Source: an uncultured Fibrobacteria bacterium | GTDB taxonomy: Bacteria; Fibrobacterota; Fibrobacteria; UBA11236 | Assembly (NCBI GenBank): GCA_963716395.1 | Contig: OY970309.1 | Coordinates: forward strand, 1,408,001 to 1,472,000 | DNA: 64,000 nucleotides | Reading direction: 5' to 3' | Part shown: piece after piece, positions 7,814-19,828 of the stretch | Position numbering within the stretch: the stretch's first letter is position 1 | Layout of the letters: every line of letters begins with the position of its first letter | Translations under genes and position numbers: made by a program | Notes under the pieces: model-generated | What the model saw: only the letters and a program-made list of their open reading frames with translations | Database searches by the model: none | What the model was told of the DNA's origin: nothing

Positions 7814-9490
7814 ATGCAACCGAATCCGCTCGCTGGCAAACCCGTACCCGCTTCGATGCTCGTGAATGTGCCCGAACTCGTGACGGCCTATTACACCGGA
7901 ATTCCCGATCCTTCGGCGCCGGAGCAACGGGTCGCTTTCGGTACTTCGGGCCACCGCGGGTCGGCCTGCAAACAGGCTTTCAACGAAAGGCATATCCTCG
8001 CCATCACCCAGGCCATTTGCCTCTACCGCCGGCAAAACCAGATCGACGGACCGCTGTTCCTGGGCCTGGACACGCATGCGCTCTCGGTGCCGGCGCAGGC
8101 CACGGCGCTGGAAGTGCTGGCGGCGCATGAGGTGGAGGTCATGATCGCCGCAGGCGGCGAATACACGCCGACGCCCGCCGTCTCGCACGCCATTCTCACT
8201 TACAACCGCGGGCGCGAAAGCGGCCTGGCCGACGGCATCGTCATCACGCCTTCGCATAATCCCCCGCAGGACGGCGGGTTCAAATACAATCCGCCGCATG
8301 GCGGTCCGGCGGAAGCGGCCATCACCGCGTGGATTGAAGCCAAGGCCAACGAATTGTTGGAAAAAAATTTGGACGGCGTGCAGCGAATGGATTACGCCCA
8401 AGCCCTGCGCGCCCCCACCACGCATCACCACGACTATGTCTCGGCCTATGTGATGGATCTCGCCCATGTGATCGACTTTGAAGCCGTGCGCGGCGCGGGC
8501 CTCAAGCTGGGCGTCGACCCGCTGGGCGGCGCGGGCGTGCATTATTGGGGCCCCATCGCCGCGCGCTACGGATTGGATCTCACCGTGGTCAACGATGCGG
8601 TCGACCCGACCTTCGCCTTCATGACCGCGGACTGGGACGGCCAAATCCGCATGGACCCGTCGTCGCCCTACCCCATGCAGCGCCTGATCGGCCTCAAAGA
8701 CCGCTTCGACCTCGCCTTTGCTTGTGATACCGATCACGACCGACATGGAATCGTCACCCGCGCCGGGCTGCTGCCGCCCAACCACTATCTTTCGGCCTGC
8801 GTCTCCTACCTCTTTCAACACCGTCCGCAGTGGGGAAAAGAAGCGGCCGTGGGCAAAACCCTGGTGAGCAGCGGCATGATTGATCGCGTGGCCGCCAAGC
8901 TCGGCCGCAAACTCGTCGAGGTTCCGGTGGGTTTCAAATGGTTCGTCGACGGCCTGCGCAGCGGCGCGCTCGGTTTCGGCGGCGAAGAAAGCGCGGGCGC
9001 CTCCTTCCTGCGCCGCGACGGCGGCGTCTGGACCACCGACAAAGACGGCATTCTCCTGGCGTTGCTGGCGGCGGAGATCACGGCGAAAATGGGAAGCGAC
9101 CCGGGGGAGGTTTACGCGGGACTCACGCGCGAATTCGGCGCGCCCGTCTATGACCGGGTCGAAGCGCCGGCCACGCCCGCGCAAAAGGAATTGCTGGCCA
9201 AGCTCTCGCCGCGGCAGGTGCGCAGCGCGGAATTGGCGGGCGAAAAAATAAAGAGCGTGCTCACGCGGGCGCCCGGCAACGACGCGCCCATCGGCGGCTT
9301 GAAAGTTGTGACCGAAAACGGGTGGTTCGCGGCGCGACCCTCGGGCACGGAAAACATCTACAAGATTTACGGCGAAAGCTTTCGGGGCGCGGATCACCTG
9401 CGTTGCATTTTGCAGGAAGCGCAAGTCTTGGTGGATGCGGTTTTGCACCATTCCCCGTCGGAACGGGAATCCCCTCCGACTCCCGGTTGA
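7814..9490 (+). CDS. pgm: Phosphoglucomutase (alpha-D-glucose-phosphate-specific)
   Basis: FGTSGHRGS, catalytic TPSHNPP, metal-binding DTDHDRHG, GGEESAG and AARPSGTE. Confidence 0.95.
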   Translation: MQPNPLAGKPVPASMLVNVPELVTAYYTGIPDPSAPEQRVAFGTSGHRGSACKQAFNERHILAITQAICLYRRQNQIDGPLFLGLDTHALSVPAQATALEVLAAHEVEVMIAAGGEYTPTPAVSHAILTYNRGRESGLADGIVITPSHNPPQDGGFKYNPPHGGPAEAAITAWIEAKANELLEKNLDGVQRMDYAQALRAPTTHHHDYVSAYVMDLAHVIDFEAVRGAGLKLGVDPLGGAGVHYWGPIAARYGLDLTVVNDAVDPTFAFMTADWDGQIRMDPSSPYPMQRLIGLKDRFDLAFACDTDHDRHGIVTRAGLLPPNHYLSACVSYLFQHRPQWGKEAAVGKTLVSSGMIDRVAAKLGRKLVEVPVGFKWFVDGLRSGALGFGGEESAGASFLRRDGGVWTTDKDGILLALLAAEITAKMGSDPGEVYAGLTREFGAPVYDRVEAPATPAQKELLAKLSPRQVRSAELAGEKIKSVLTRAPGNDAPIGGLKVVTENGWFAARPSGTENIYKIYGESFRGADHLRCILQEAQVLVDAVLHHSPSERESPPTPG

Positions 9491-9664
9491 ACCCGAACCC
9501 ATGAACTCCTCCATCCCGGCCCGACCCACAGGTTATTATCCGCGGATGGGCCCGCGGAAGGAAAAACCTGCGAGTGAACCAAAACGACAGCCGTCGCTTT
9601 GGGTGTCGACGCGCCGATGTGCAGAACCCCCGCGGCCGAAAATCCAAGCCCAAGGAGACGAACC

Positions 9665-11947
9665 ATGAATGATCCGAAGAAAAAAGCCGCGCCCCGGCCG
9701 GCGCCCGGACGCAAACCGGCGGTGCGATCTCAAGCCGGGACGGAATTGAAAACGCAGAAAAAATCGCCGACGTCCGAACGCCCGTTGCACGCTTATCTGG
9801 CCGAGGTTTCCGAGCAAACCGATATTCGCGTGGGCATGCCGCTGCCGCTCGGCGCCCGCGCCTTGGGCGAAGGCGTGAACTTCGCCTTCTTCAGCCGCAG
9901 CGCCACCCGTGTGCGCCTGGAATTGTTCGCCCAACCGGGGGATTCGGCGCCGACGCAGGCGCTGGATTTGGATCCCGTGCGCCATCGCACCGGCGATGTG
10001 TGGCATATCTGGATCAAAGGCCTCAAGTCTGGGCAATTGTACGGATTTCGCGTCGACGGGCCTTATCAGCCGGAGAACGGCCTGCGGTTCAATTTCAACC
10101 GGCTGCTGCTCGATCCCTTTGCCGCGGCCGTAACCCGACTCGACGCCTGGGATTTCGGTACGGCGCTGGGGTACGACCCGTCCGCGACCAATGCCGACGG
10201 AGCGCCGGCCACCCAGGATGACGCCGGGGGCATGCCGAAATGCATTTACACCCACGACCATTTTAATTGGGGCGAAGACGCGCCGCCCCGGCACCCTTGG
10301 TCGCAAACCATCATCTATGAAACCCATGTGCGCGGCCTCACCGTGCATTCGAGCTCGGGGGTGGAGCATGCGGGAACCTACCGGGGCGTGATGGAAAAAA
10401 TCCCCTATTTGCGGAAACTGGGGGTAACCGCCGTGGAACTCATGCCCGTGCAGGAATTCAATGAACACGAGGGGATGAACGTCAACCCGCTGACCGGCCA
10501 GCCGCTGGGAAATTACTGGGGCTATGATCCCGTGGCGTTTTTGGCGCCCAAAGCCGCCTACAGCAGCGCCGGGGGCGTCGGCCAGCAAAAGCTGGAATTC
10601 AAGGAAATGGTGCAGGCCTTGCATGCGGCCGGGATCGAGGTGATCCTCGACGTGGTTTTCAACCACACGGCCGAAGGCAACGAAATGGGGCCCACGCTTT
10701 CGTTCCGCGGCATCGAAAACGAAATCTTCTACCTGCTCGGCGGCGATGCGCGGACCTACAAAGACTACACCGGCACCGGCAATACCCTCAATGCCAACCA
10801 CCCCGTGGTGCGCGATCAGATTCTCGGGGCCCTGCGCCACTGGGTGGTGGAAATGCATGTCGACGGATTCCGCTTCGATCTGGCCTCGGTGCTCGACCGC
10901 GACGAAAACGGAAATCTCCTGGCCGACGCGCCGGTGCTCGAACGCATCGCCGAAGATCCGATTCTCCGGGATACGAAGATCATCGCCGAAGCCTGGGACG
11001 CCGCGGGAGCCTATCAGGTGGGCAGTTTCTCCGAGTGCCGCTGGTCGGAATGGAACGGCCGTTATCGCGACGACGTGCGGCGATTCTGGCGCGGCGACGA
11101 CGGAATGCTGGGAGCGTTCGCGCAGCGCCTGTGCGGCAGCGCCGACATCTACGCCAATTCGGGCAAGGGTCCTGAATCCAGCATCAATTTCATCACCTGC
11201 CACGACGGCTTCACCTTGCGCGATTTGGTGAGCTACGGGCAAAAACACAACGAAGCCAACGGCCTGGGTAACACCGACGGAACCGACGCCAATTATTCCG
11301 ACAATCACGGGGACGAGGGCGAGACGCAGGACGCGGGCATCACGGCCGTGCGCACACGCCAGATCAAAAATTTCCTGCTGACCCTGTTCGTGTCACGCGG
11401 CGTACCCATGCTGCTGGGCGGCGATGAATTCGGCCGCACCCAGGGCGGCAACAATAATGCCTATTGCCAGGACAACGAAACCAGTTGGTATGACTGGAAT
11501 CTGCTGGCAGAAAACCAGGAAATCTTCCGCTTCGCCTGCGGCCTCATCGCCTTGCGCCAGGCGCATCCGGTGTTCAGTGCGGAGCAATTTTACGCCGACG
11601 CCGACATTCAGTGGTTCGATCCTCAGGGCGGCGCGCCCCACTGGGCCGATGCGGGCGCCAAGGACTTCGGTTGTTTTGTCCGCGAAGAGGGGCCGAACGG
11701 GCTGTGCCTGCTGTTCAACGCCGGCGCCGGATCGCTCGACTTCGTATTGCCGCCCCTGCCCGCGGGAGCGGGATGGTTTCGGGTCGCCGATACCGCCGGC
11801 GTAACGCCGCAGGATTTTTTCGCCGCCGGGGAAGAACCGTCCTACGCCGCCGCGACCTACCCGCTCGGTCCCCAAACCAGCGTCATCCTGCTCGCGCGCC
11901 CGGCGAACCCGCCGGTGGCGACGGCGGCGCGTCGGAGAAAGAAGTGA
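9665..11947 (+). CDS. glgX: Glycogen debranching enzyme (GH13_11 isoamylase)
   Basis: NYWGYDP, ILDVVFNHTAEG, VDGFRFDLAS, IAEAWD, NFITCHDGFTL and GNNNAYCQDNE. An AAGGAG RBS precedes the ATG at 9665. Confidence 0.95.
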   Translation: MNDPKKKAAPRPAPGRKPAVRSQAGTELKTQKKSPTSERPLHAYLAEVSEQTDIRVGMPLPLGARALGEGVNFAFFSRSATRVRLELFAQPGDSAPTQALDLDPVRHRTGDVWHIWIKGLKSGQLYGFRVDGPYQPENGLRFNFNRLLLDPFAAAVTRLDAWDFGTALGYDPSATNADGAPATQDDAGGMPKCIYTHDHFNWGEDAPPRHPWSQTIIYETHVRGLTVHSSSGVEHAGTYRGVMEKIPYLRKLGVTAVELMPVQEFNEHEGMNVNPLTGQPLGNYWGYDPVAFLAPKAAYSSAGGVGQQKLEFKEMVQALHAAGIEVILDVVFNHTAEGNEMGPTLSFRGIENEIFYLLGGDARTYKDYTGTGNTLNANHPVVRDQILGALRHWVVEMHVDGFRFDLASVLDRDENGNLLADAPVLERIAEDPILRDTKIIAEAWDAAGAYQVGSFSECRWSEWNGRYRDDVRRFWRGDDGMLGAFAQRLCGSADIYANSGKGPESSINFITCHDGFTLRDLVSYGQKHNEANGLGNTDGTDANYSDNHGDEGETQDAGITAVRTRQIKNFLLTLFVSRGVPMLLGGDEFGRTQGGNNNAYCQDNETSWYDWNLLAENQEIFRFACGLIALRQAHPVFSAEQFYADADIQWFDPQGGAPHWADAGAKDFGCFVREEGPNGLCLLFNAGAGSLDFVLPPLPAGAGWFRVADTAGVTPQDFFAAGEEPSYAAATYPLGPQTSVILLARPANPPVATAARRRKK

Positions 11948-12564
11948 AACACGCGACACCAATCACAACGTTGTTTTTTGATATCGGCGGCGTGCTGCTC
12001 ACCAACGGCTGGGATCACCATGCCCGCCGGCGCGCGGCCCGGCATTTTCACCTCGACCGGAGCGAGATGGAAGAGCGCCATGTGCTGAACTTCGACACCT
12101 ACGAGGAGGGAAAAGTCGGGTTGAACGATTATCTGTCCCGGGTCGTTTTCTATAAGCAGCGATCCTTCACGCCCGCGCAGTTCCGGCAATTCATGTTCGC
12201 CCAATCCAAACCCTATCCTGATATGCTTGAACTGGCCAAACAGCTCAAGGCCCGCCACGGGTTGAAAATCGTGGTCGTGAGCAATGAAGGCCGCGAATTG
12301 AATGCGCACCGGATTGAAAAGTTTCGTCTGAACCAATTCGTCGACGCCTTCGTTTCCTCCTGCTTCGTGCATGTGCGCAAACCCGACGTCGACATTTTTC
12401 GTTTGGCGCTCGACATCGCCCAGACCCCGGCGCGGGCCGTGTTCTATATCGAGAACACCGCGATGTTCATTGAAGTCGCCGAAGGTCTGGGCATCCGCAG
12501 CCATCTGCATACCGATTTCCAATCCACCCGTGCCCGGCTGGCGGCATTGGGGTTGAAGGAATAG
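11944..12564 (+). CDS. HAD-family phosphatase
   Basis: Motif I FFDIGGVLL, VVSNEG and RKPD..IF. The GTG start overlaps the glgX stop. Confidence 0.85.
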   Translation: MKHATPITTLFFDIGGVLLTNGWDHHARRRAARHFHLDRSEMEERHVLNFDTYEEGKVGLNDYLSRVVFYKQRSFTPAQFRQFMFAQSKPYPDMLELAKQLKARHGLKIVVVSNEGRELNAHRIEKFRLNQFVDAFVSSCFVHVRKPDVDIFRLALDIAQTPARAVFYIENTAMFIEVAEGLGIRSHLHTDFQSTRARLAALGLKE

Positions 12565-12570
12565 ACGCCC

Positions 12571-13764
12571 ATGCTTCCGGCGGACGGCATTCTGACGTTC
12601 AACGGCGGCTCGTCCAGCATTCGCTTCGCGCTGTTCCAAGCCGGCACGAACCCGCAGCGCGGGCTTTCAGGAAAAATCGACCGCATCGGGTCGAAAGAGG
12701 CGCAGTTCGAATTCACCGAATCGGATTCGCAGTCACCCGAAAGCCGCAAGGTCGGTGCATTCGACTTCGCCGCGGCCGCCAGTTTTCTGCTCGACTGGCT
12801 GGAAGCGCGCGGCAGCCTCGCGGCAGTGGGCGGCATCGGGCATCGGGTGGTGCACGGCATGCGGCATGCCGCGCCGGAACGGGTCACGCCGGAGCTCGTC
12901 GCCGAGTTGCGCGGCTACATTCCCTACGATCCGGAACATCTGCCGCTGGAAATCGAATTGATCGAAGCCTGCCACCGCCGGCATCCGCACTTGCCGCAAG
13001 TGGTTTGTTTCGACACTGCGTTTCACGCCGGCATGCCGCGTGTCGCGAAGATGTTACCGATACCGCGAAGTTACGAGGCCAAAGGCGTCCACCGCTACGG
13101 CTTTCACGGCCTGTCGTATGCGTATCTGCTGCAAGAGCTCGCGCGCCGCGGCGATCCGGCGGCCGTCCGCGGCCGGGTGATTCTGGCGCATCTCGGCAAC
13201 GGCGCCAGCCTGGCCGCGGTGCGCGACGGGCAAAGCCTCGACACCAGCATGGGGTTTACGCCCGCGTCGGGATTGATGATGGGCACCCGTTCGGGCGACC
13301 TGGATCCCGGGCTGGTCGGTTATCTCGCCCGCACCGAACACATGACGGCCGCGCAATTCCATGAACTGGCCAACCACCGCAGCGGTCTCTTGGGCGTTTC
13401 CGAAACCGGTTCCGATGTGCGCGACCTGCTCGCCGCCGAAGCCGAAGACGCGCGCGCCGCCGAAGCCGTGGCGTTGTTCTGCTACCAGGCGAAAAAGTGG
13501 ATCGGCGCTTTTGCCGCCGTTCTCGGCGGCCTCGACACCTTGGTATTCGCCGGCGGCATCGGCGAAAACGCGCCGGTGATCCGCGCGCGCATCTGCGCCG
13601 GGCTGGAATTTTTGGGAATCGCCATCGACGACGGGCGAAACCGGGAGAATGCCGACGTGATTTCCCCGGCGGCGGGCCGGGTGGCGGTGCGCGTCGTCCG
13701 CACCGACGAAGAATTCATCCTGGCGCAAACCACGGGCCGCGTCTTGGGCCTCGAGCGAAACTGA
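12571..13764 (+). CDS. ackA: Acetate/propionate kinase
   Basis: [57 protein letters not shown] and TDEE. Confidence 0.95.
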   Translation: MLPADGILTFNGGSSSIRFALFQAGTNPQRGLSGKIDRIGSKEAQFEFTESDSQSPESRKVGAFDFAAAASFLLDWLEARGSLAAVGGIGHRVVHGMRHAAPERVTPELVAELRGYIPYDPEHLPLEIELIEACHRRHPHLPQVVCFDTAFHAGMPRVAKMLPIPRSYEAKGVHRYGFHGLSYAYLLQELARRGDPAAVRGRVILAHLGNGASLAAVRDGQSLDTSMGFTPASGLMMGTRSGDLDPGLVGYLARTEHMTAAQFHELANHRSGLLGVSETGSDVRDLLAAEAEDARAAEAVALFCYQAKKWIGAFAAVLGGLDTLVFAGGIGENAPVIRARICAGLEFLGIAIDDGRNRENADVISPAAGRVAVRVVRTDEEFILAQTTGRVLGLERN

Positions 13765-13789
13765 AAACAAGCATGCAAGGAGAACCACG

Positions 13790-16159
13790 ATGTCTGAAAA
13801 AACCCTGACCCCGGATCTACTCCGCAAGCTGGACGCCTATTGGCGCGCCGCCAATTACCTGTCGGTGGGCCAGATTTATCTCTACGACAATCCGCTGTTG
13901 CAGCGCCCGCTGGCGCTGGCCGATGTGAAGCACATGCTGCTCGGGCATTGGGGCACCACGCCGGGCCAGAACTTCATCTACGCGCATTTGAACCGCGCCA
14001 TCAAAAAATTCGATCTCGATATGATTTATATCTCCGGCCCGGGGCATGGCGGTCCGGCCGTGGTGGCCAATACCTATCTCGAAGGTACCTACAGCGAAAT
14101 TTATCCCGACATCAGCCAGGATGAAGCCGGACTGCGCAAACTGTTCCTGCAGTTTTCTTTTCCCGGCGGCATTCCCAGCCACGCGTCGCCGGAATGCCCA
14201 GGATCGATCCACGAGGGCGGCGAATTGGGTTATTCGCTCAGCCACGCCTTCGGGGCGGTGTTCGACAACCCTTCGCTCCTCGTGGCTTGCGTGGTCGGAG
14301 ACGGCGAAGCCGAAACCGGACCCTTGGCCACGGCCTGGCATTCCAACAAATTCCTGAATCCGGCCGCCGACGGTGCGGTGTTGCCCATTCTGCATCTCAA
14401 CGGCTACAAGATCGCCAATCCCACGGTGCTGGCTCGCATCACGCACGAAGAATTGGATCAGTTACTGCGCGGTTACGGGTGGTCCCCCCTGTTCGTCGAA
14501 GGCCACGAACCCGCCCTGATGCACGAAGCCATGGCGACGGCGCTGGATCAGGCCGTGGGCCAAATCCAGGCCATTCAGCACGAGGCCCGCGCGCACGGCC
14601 AGACCGCGCGGCCACGCTGGCCCCTGATCGTGCTCAAATCGCCTAAAGGCTGGACCGGGCCGAAAGTAGTCGACGGGCGCGTGATCGAAGGCAATTTTCG
14701 TTCGCACCAGGTGCCGCTTTCCGATCCGGCCGCCCACCCCGAGCACCTGAAGTTGCTGGAGGAGTGGCTGCGGAGTTACCGTCCCGAGGAGCTTTTCGAT
14801 GCGCAGGGAAGGCTGAATTCGGAGTTGGCCGAACTCGCGCCCCGAGGGGAACGGCGCATGGGCGCGAATCCCCATGCCAACGGCGGTATACTCCTGCGCG
14901 ATTTGCGCCTGCCGGATTTTCACGCTTATGCGGTGAACGTGACGGCGCCCGGCATCGGCGGCATCGGCGACACCCACGTACTCGGGCCCTTCTTGCGCGA
15001 TGTGGTGAAGCTGAACGCGCCGCAAAAAAATTTCCGGGTGTTCGGGCCGGATGAATCGCTTTCCAATGGCCTGGAAGCGCTGTTTGCAGAGACCAACCGC
15101 CAGTGGAACGCCGCCACGATCCCGCAAGACGAGTTTCTCGCGCCGACGGGGCGCGTGATGGAAATGCTCAGCGAGCACCAATGCGAGGGGTGGCTCGAAG
15201 GTTACCTGCTCACGGGCCGGCACGGGCTGTTCAACTGCTACGAGGCTTTCATCCACATCGTCGACTCGATGTTCAACCAGCACGCCAAGTGGCTGAAGGT
15301 CACGGCGCGCCTGAACTGGCGGCGGAAAATCGCGTCGCTCAATTATCTGCTGGCCTCGCATGTGTGGCGCCAGGATCACAACGGCTTCACCCACCAGGAT
15401 CCGGGCTTCATCGATCACGTGGTGAACAAGAAGGCCGAGGTGGTGCGCGTCTATCTGCCGCCCGACGCCAATTGCCTGCTGTCGGTGATCGACCATTGCC
15501 TGCGCAGCCGCCACGAAGTCAACGTGGTGGTGGCGGGCAAACATCCCGCGCCGCAATGGCTTTCCATGGATGCTGCCGTCAAGCACTGCACCGAAGGCAT
15601 CGGTATCTGGGGTTGGGCCAGCAACGATCAGGGTGTCGCGCCCGACGTGGTCATGGCTTGCTGCGGCGATGTGCCCACGCTGGAGACGCTGGCCGCGGTT
15701 TCCATTCTGCGCGCGCATTTGCCCGAATTGAAAATCCGGGTCATCAACGTCGTGGATTTGATGCGGCTGCAGCCGCATACCGAGCACCCGCACGGTTTGA
15801 ACGGCACGGATTTCGACGAACTCTTCACCAAAAACAAACCCGTGATCTTCGCCTTCCATGCCTATCCCTGGCTTATCCACCGGCTGACGTACCGCCGCAC
15901 CAACCACGACAACTTCCATGTGCGCGGCTACAAGGAAGAAGGCACTATCACCACGCCGTTCGACATGACGGTGCTGAACGAATTGGATCGCTATCACCTG
16001 GTGATGGATGCCATCGACCGCCTGCCGCAAACCGGCGAAAAAGGCGTTTACCTGAAACAGCAGATCAAAGACAAACTCATCGAGCATAAGGAATACATTC
16101 GCAAGCACGGCCAAGACATGCCTGAAGTGCGCCATTGGAAATGGGAGGTAACACGATGA
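13790..16159 (+). CDS. xfp: Phosphoketolase (xylulose-5-P/fructose-6-P)
   Basis: [49 protein letters not shown] and [12 protein letters not shown]. Confidence 0.95.
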   Translation: MSEKTLTPDLLRKLDAYWRAANYLSVGQIYLYDNPLLQRPLALADVKHMLLGHWGTTPGQNFIYAHLNRAIKKFDLDMIYISGPGHGGPAVVANTYLEGTYSEIYPDISQDEAGLRKLFLQFSFPGGIPSHASPECPGSIHEGGELGYSLSHAFGAVFDNPSLLVACVVGDGEAETGPLATAWHSNKFLNPAADGAVLPILHLNGYKIANPTVLARITHEELDQLLRGYGWSPLFVEGHEPALMHEAMATALDQAVGQIQAIQHEARAHGQTARPRWPLIVLKSPKGWTGPKVVDGRVIEGNFRSHQVPLSDPAAHPEHLKLLEEWLRSYRPEELFDAQGRLNSELAELAPRGERRMGANPHANGGILLRDLRLPDFHAYAVNVTAPGIGGIGDTHVLGPFLRDVVKLNAPQKNFRVFGPDESLSNGLEALFAETNRQWNAATIPQDEFLAPTGRVMEMLSEHQCEGWLEGYLLTGRHGLFNCYEAFIHIVDSMFNQHAKWLKVTARLNWRRKIASLNYLLASHVWRQDHNGFTHQDPGFIDHVVNKKAEVVRVYLPPDANCLLSVIDHCLRSRHEVNVVVAGKHPAPQWLSMDAAVKHCTEGIGIWGWASNDQGVAPDVVMACCGDVPTLETLAAVSILRAHLPELKIRVINVVDLMRLQPHTEHPHGLNGTDFDELFTKNKPVIFAFHAYPWLIHRLTYRRTNHDNFHVRGYKEEGTITTPFDMTVLNELDRYHLVMDAIDRLPQTGEKGVYLKQQIKDKLIEHKEYIRKHGQDMPEVRHWKWEVTR

Positions 16160-17208
16160 ATACCATGAATTCCGTTCCGACCCCGCCGATAAACGCCCAG
16201 CTCCGGGAGACGGCACAAACCATGTTTCAGGACGGCAAGGGATTGCTGGCCATGGACGAAAGCAATCCCACCTGCCACCGGCGCTTCGCCAAGCTGGGGA
16301 TTCCCCAAACCGAAGAGGCGCGCCGCGCTTACCGCGAGCTCATCGTCACCGCGCCCGGCCTTGCCGCCTCCATCGGCGGCGCCATCCTCTACGACGAAAC
16401 CCTGCGGCAAAAAACGCGCGCCGGTGTTCCCTTCGTGAAGGTGCTGGAGGCGGCGGGCATTGTTCCCGGCATCAAGGTCGACGGCGGGGCCAAGGATATG
16501 GCGGGTCATGCGGGAGAAAAAATCACCGAAGGCCTTGACGGCTTGCGCGACCGCCTGCAGGAGTATGCCGGGTTGGGAGCGCGGTTCGCCAAATGGCGCG
16601 CGGTGATCGCCGTCGACGAGCGCCTGCCCAGCCGCGGTTGCATCGAGGCGAACGCCCATGCCCTGGCCCGCTATGCCGCCTTATGCCAGGAAGCGGGGCT
16701 GGTACCCATGGTCGAACCGGAAGTGCTGATGGACGGCGAGCATACCCTGGCGCGTTGCCGCGAGGTAACCGAAGAGGTACAGCATTCGGTGTTCCACCGG
16801 CTGGTGCGGCAAGGGGTGCTGCTCGAAGGCGTAATTCTGAAACCAAACATGGTGGTGCCGGGATTGGCCTGCCCCGAACAGGCTTCGGTCGAAGACGTGG
16901 CCGACGCCACGGTGGAATGTCTGCGGCGCACCGTTCCCGCGGCCGTTCCCGCCATCGCCTTTTTGTCGGGCGGCCAACCCGCGGTAGCGGCGTCGGCGCG
17001 TTTGCAGGCCATGAACGTACGATTCCAAGAGAGATTGCCTTGGGCCTTGGGATTTTCGTTCTCCCGCGCCATCCAGCAACCGGCCCTGGAAATTTGGCAG
17101 GGCCGCGAAGCCAATGTGGCGGCGGCACAGAAAGCCCTGGTGCACCGGGCCGCGTGTAATCAGGCCGCGCGCCGCGGCGAATATAACGCCCAGATGGAGA
17201 AGGCATGA
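16156..17208 (+). CDS. Class I (Schiff-base, eukaryote-type) fructose-bisphosphate aldolase
   Basis: [43 protein letters not shown] and FSFSRA. ATGA overlap with xfp and a GGAGGT RBS. Confidence 0.9.
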   Translation: MNTMNSVPTPPINAQLRETAQTMFQDGKGLLAMDESNPTCHRRFAKLGIPQTEEARRAYRELIVTAPGLAASIGGAILYDETLRQKTRAGVPFVKVLEAAGIVPGIKVDGGAKDMAGHAGEKITEGLDGLRDRLQEYAGLGARFAKWRAVIAVDERLPSRGCIEANAHALARYAALCQEAGLVPMVEPEVLMDGEHTLARCREVTEEVQHSVFHRLVRQGVLLEGVILKPNMVVPGLACPEQASVEDVADATVECLRRTVPAAVPAIAFLSGGQPAVAASARLQAMNVRFQERLPWALGFSFSRAIQQPALEIWQGREANVAAAQKALVHRAACNQAARRGEYNAQMEKA

Positions 17209-19739
17209 GTGAACTTTTAAGCGAAGACGGGAGAGCGGGTATGCCGAAAGCGAACAACGAAACCGAAACGAAATCCGACGCGGAAACCGGGGCCAAAGAT
17301 GATTTGAAAAGCATGCCGTTGCCGGAACTGCAGAAAAAATTGGCGTGTTCCTCCGACGGGCTCAGCGCCGCCGAGGCCGGGAAGCGGTTGGCGGAATACG
17401 GACCGAATGCGATCCAAGAGAAGAAGACCAATCCGCTGCTGAAATTCCTTTCCTATTTCTGGGGACCGATCCCGTGGATGATCGAAGGGGCGGTGATTCT
17501 GTCGGGCCTGGTGCGGCATTGGGCGGATTTTTTCATCATCCTCGTCCTGCTTTTTTCCAACGCCGTGGTGGGATTCTGGGAAGAAAGCCAGGCGGGCAAC
17601 GCCATTGCGGCGCTCAAAGCCAAGCTGGCGATCAAAGCCCGGGTCAGACGCGACGGCCAATGGACCACGGCTCCGGCGGCCGAACTGGTGCCGGGCGACG
17701 TCATTCGCGTGCGCCTGGGCGATATCGTGCCCGCCGATGCGCGCTTGCTCGACGGCGACCCGGTCGAGGTGGATCAATCCGCCTTGACGGGAGAGTCGCT
17801 GCCCGCCGAGCGCAAAGCGGGCGAAGCGGTGTTTTCGGGATCGATTATCCGCCAGGGAGAAAGCGGCGCCTTGGTGTATGCCACCGGATCGAAAACCTAT
17901 TTCGGCAAGACGGCGCAATTGATGCAAGAGGCGCATACCGTCAGCCACTTTCAGAAGGCGGTTTTGAAAATCGGCAATTACCTGATCATCCTGGCCGTGG
18001 TTTTGGTGGCCATCATCATCGCCGTGGCCGTGTTCCGCGGCGACCGTTTGCTGACCACCCTGCAATTCGCCTTGGTGCTGACCGTGGCGGCCATTCCCGT
18101 GGCCATGCCCACCGTGCTGTCGGTGACCATGGCGGTGGGGGCGCGCCTGCTGGCGAAAAAACAGGCCATCGTCAGCCGCCTGGTGGCCATCGAGGAATTG
18201 GCGGGCGTCGATGTTTTGTGTTCGGATAAAACCGGCACCTTGACCCAGAACAAGCTGACCTTGGGCGACGCCTTCGCGGTTTCCGGGGTGACGGACGACG
18301 AGGTGATTCTCAATGCGTCGCTGGCCTCGCGCGCGGAAAACAATGACACCATCGATTTGGCCGTACTGGGAGGGTTGAAGAATCCGAAGGTATTGCAGGA
18401 TTACCAGGTGACGCATTTTCAGCCTTTTGATCCGGTGCACAAACGCACCGAAGCCTCGGTGCGGGGCGGCGAGGGACGTAACTTCAAAGTTACGAAAGGC
18501 GCGCCCCAGGTGATTTTGGAGTTGTCGGCCAATGTCGGCGAGGTGCGGGCGCATGTACAAAAGGCGGTGGCCGAATTCGCCGCGCGCGGCTTTCGGTCTT
18601 TGGGTGTGGCGCGCGCCGAGGGGGACGGGGCCTGGAAATTCCTGGGCGTACTGCCGCTGTTCGATCCGCCCCGCGACGATGCCAAAGACACCATCGCCAC
18701 CGCCCGGAACATGGGCGTGCATGTCAAGATGGTGACCGGCGACCAATTGGCCATCGCCCAGGAAACCGCCAAAAAGCTGGGGTTGGGCGCGAACATTCTC
18801 GATGCCGCGGGCATGGGCGATTCAAAACGCACCGAAACCGAGGCGGTGGCCGATTCCATCGAAAAGGCGGATGGATTCGCGCAGGTTTTTCCCGAGCACA
18901 AATTCCACATCGTCGACATGCTGCAGAAGCGGGGACATATCGTGGGCATGACCGGCGACGGCGTGAACGACGCGCCCGCGCTCAAGAAAGCCGATTGCGG
19001 GATCGCCGTTTCGGGCGCCACCGATGCGGCGCGCGCCGCGGCCGACATCGTGTTGATGACGCCCGGCCTGTCGGTGATCATCGACGCCGTCAAGGAAAGC
19101 CGGAAAATTTTTCAGCGCATGAACAGCTACGCCATCTACCGCATCGCCGAAACCATCCGGGTGTTGTTTTTCATGACCCTCTCCATTTTGATTTTCAATT
19201 TCTATCCCGTCACCGCGGTGATGATCGTACTCTTGGCCCTGCTGAACGACGGCCCCATCCTAGCCATCGCCTACGACAACGTCCACTACAAAAACGATCC
19301 CGAGGCCTGGAACATGCGCCTGGTACTCCGCATCTCCACGGTGCTGGGCATCGCCGGAGTGGTGGCTTCTTTTATGCTCTTCTATCTGGCGGAAAAGGTG
19401 TTCCATCTCGGCCCCGCGGCCATTCAAACCTTCATGTTTCTCAAGCTCGCGGTGGCCGGCCATTTGACCATTTTCATCACGCGGACGCGCGGTCCGTTCT
19501 GGTCCATCGCCCCGGCGCCGGTATTGTTCTGGTCGGCGATAGGTTCGAAGCTGTTGGCGACGGTGGTGGCGGTTTACGGGGTGCTCATGACCCCGATCGG
19601 GTGGAAATGGACCTTGATCATTTGGGGGTATGCCTTGGTCTGGGCATTAGTGAACGACCGGTTGAAGTTGATGGCCTATCGCTTTTTCGATCGGCCCAAA
19701 TCTCCCCGGCCGGCCTTGGCGGCGCAGGCCGCAGCCTAG
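17205..19739 (+). CDS. Plasma-membrane proton-efflux P-type ATPase (P3A, PMA1-like)
   Basis: FWGPIPWMIE, LTGES, IPVAMPTVLSVTMAVGA, CSDKTGT, FDPVHKRTE, KGAPQ, TGDGVNDAPALK, F.RM.SYAIYRIA and LLNDGPIL are all P3A signatures. Confidence 0.9.
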   Translation: MSELLSEDGRAGMPKANNETETKSDAETGAKDDLKSMPLPELQKKLACSSDGLSAAEAGKRLAEYGPNAIQEKKTNPLLKFLSYFWGPIPWMIEGAVILSGLVRHWADFFIILVLLFSNAVVGFWEESQAGNAIAALKAKLAIKARVRRDGQWTTAPAAELVPGDVIRVRLGDIVPADARLLDGDPVEVDQSALTGESLPAERKAGEAVFSGSIIRQGESGALVYATGSKTYFGKTAQLMQEAHTVSHFQKAVLKIGNYLIILAVVLVAIIIAVAVFRGDRLLTTLQFALVLTVAAIPVAMPTVLSVTMAVGARLLAKKQAIVSRLVAIEELAGVDVLCSDKTGTLTQNKLTLGDAFAVSGVTDDEVILNASLASRAENNDTIDLAVLGGLKNPKVLQDYQVTHFQPFDPVHKRTEASVRGGEGRNFKVTKGAPQVILELSANVGEVRAHVQKAVAEFAARGFRSLGVARAEGDGAWKFLGVLPLFDPPRDDAKDTIATARNMGVHVKMVTGDQLAIAQETAKKLGLGANILDAAGMGDSKRTETEAVADSIEKADGFAQVFPEHKFHIVDMLQKRGHIVGMTGDGVNDAPALKKADCGIAVSGATDAARAAADIVLMTPGLSVIIDAVKESRKIFQRMNSYAIYRIAETIRVLFFMTLSILIFNFYPVTAVMIVLLALLNDGPILAIAYDNVHYKNDPEAWNMRLVLRISTVLGIAGVVASFMLFYLAEKVFHLGPAAIQTFMFLKLAVAGHLTIFITRTRGPFWSIAPAPVLFWSAIGSKLLATVVAVYGVLMTPIGWKWTLIIWGYALVWALVNDRLKLMAYRFFDRPKSPRPALAAQAAA

Positions 19740-19828
19740 CTCGCGTCTTTCACCGGCGGGCTGCGGGGTGGTTCCTTTGCCCCGGGTTTCCGGGAGGCGC
19801 AGGGTTCAAGTTAAATTGAACTCCTCGC

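Noticed and set aside
7769-18746. Long antisense ORFs (e.g. 7769-9529, 9536-11308, 14462-16216, 17217-18746)
   Set aside because: They mirror well-supported genes, which is expected from high-GC codon bias, and carry no recognisable motifs.
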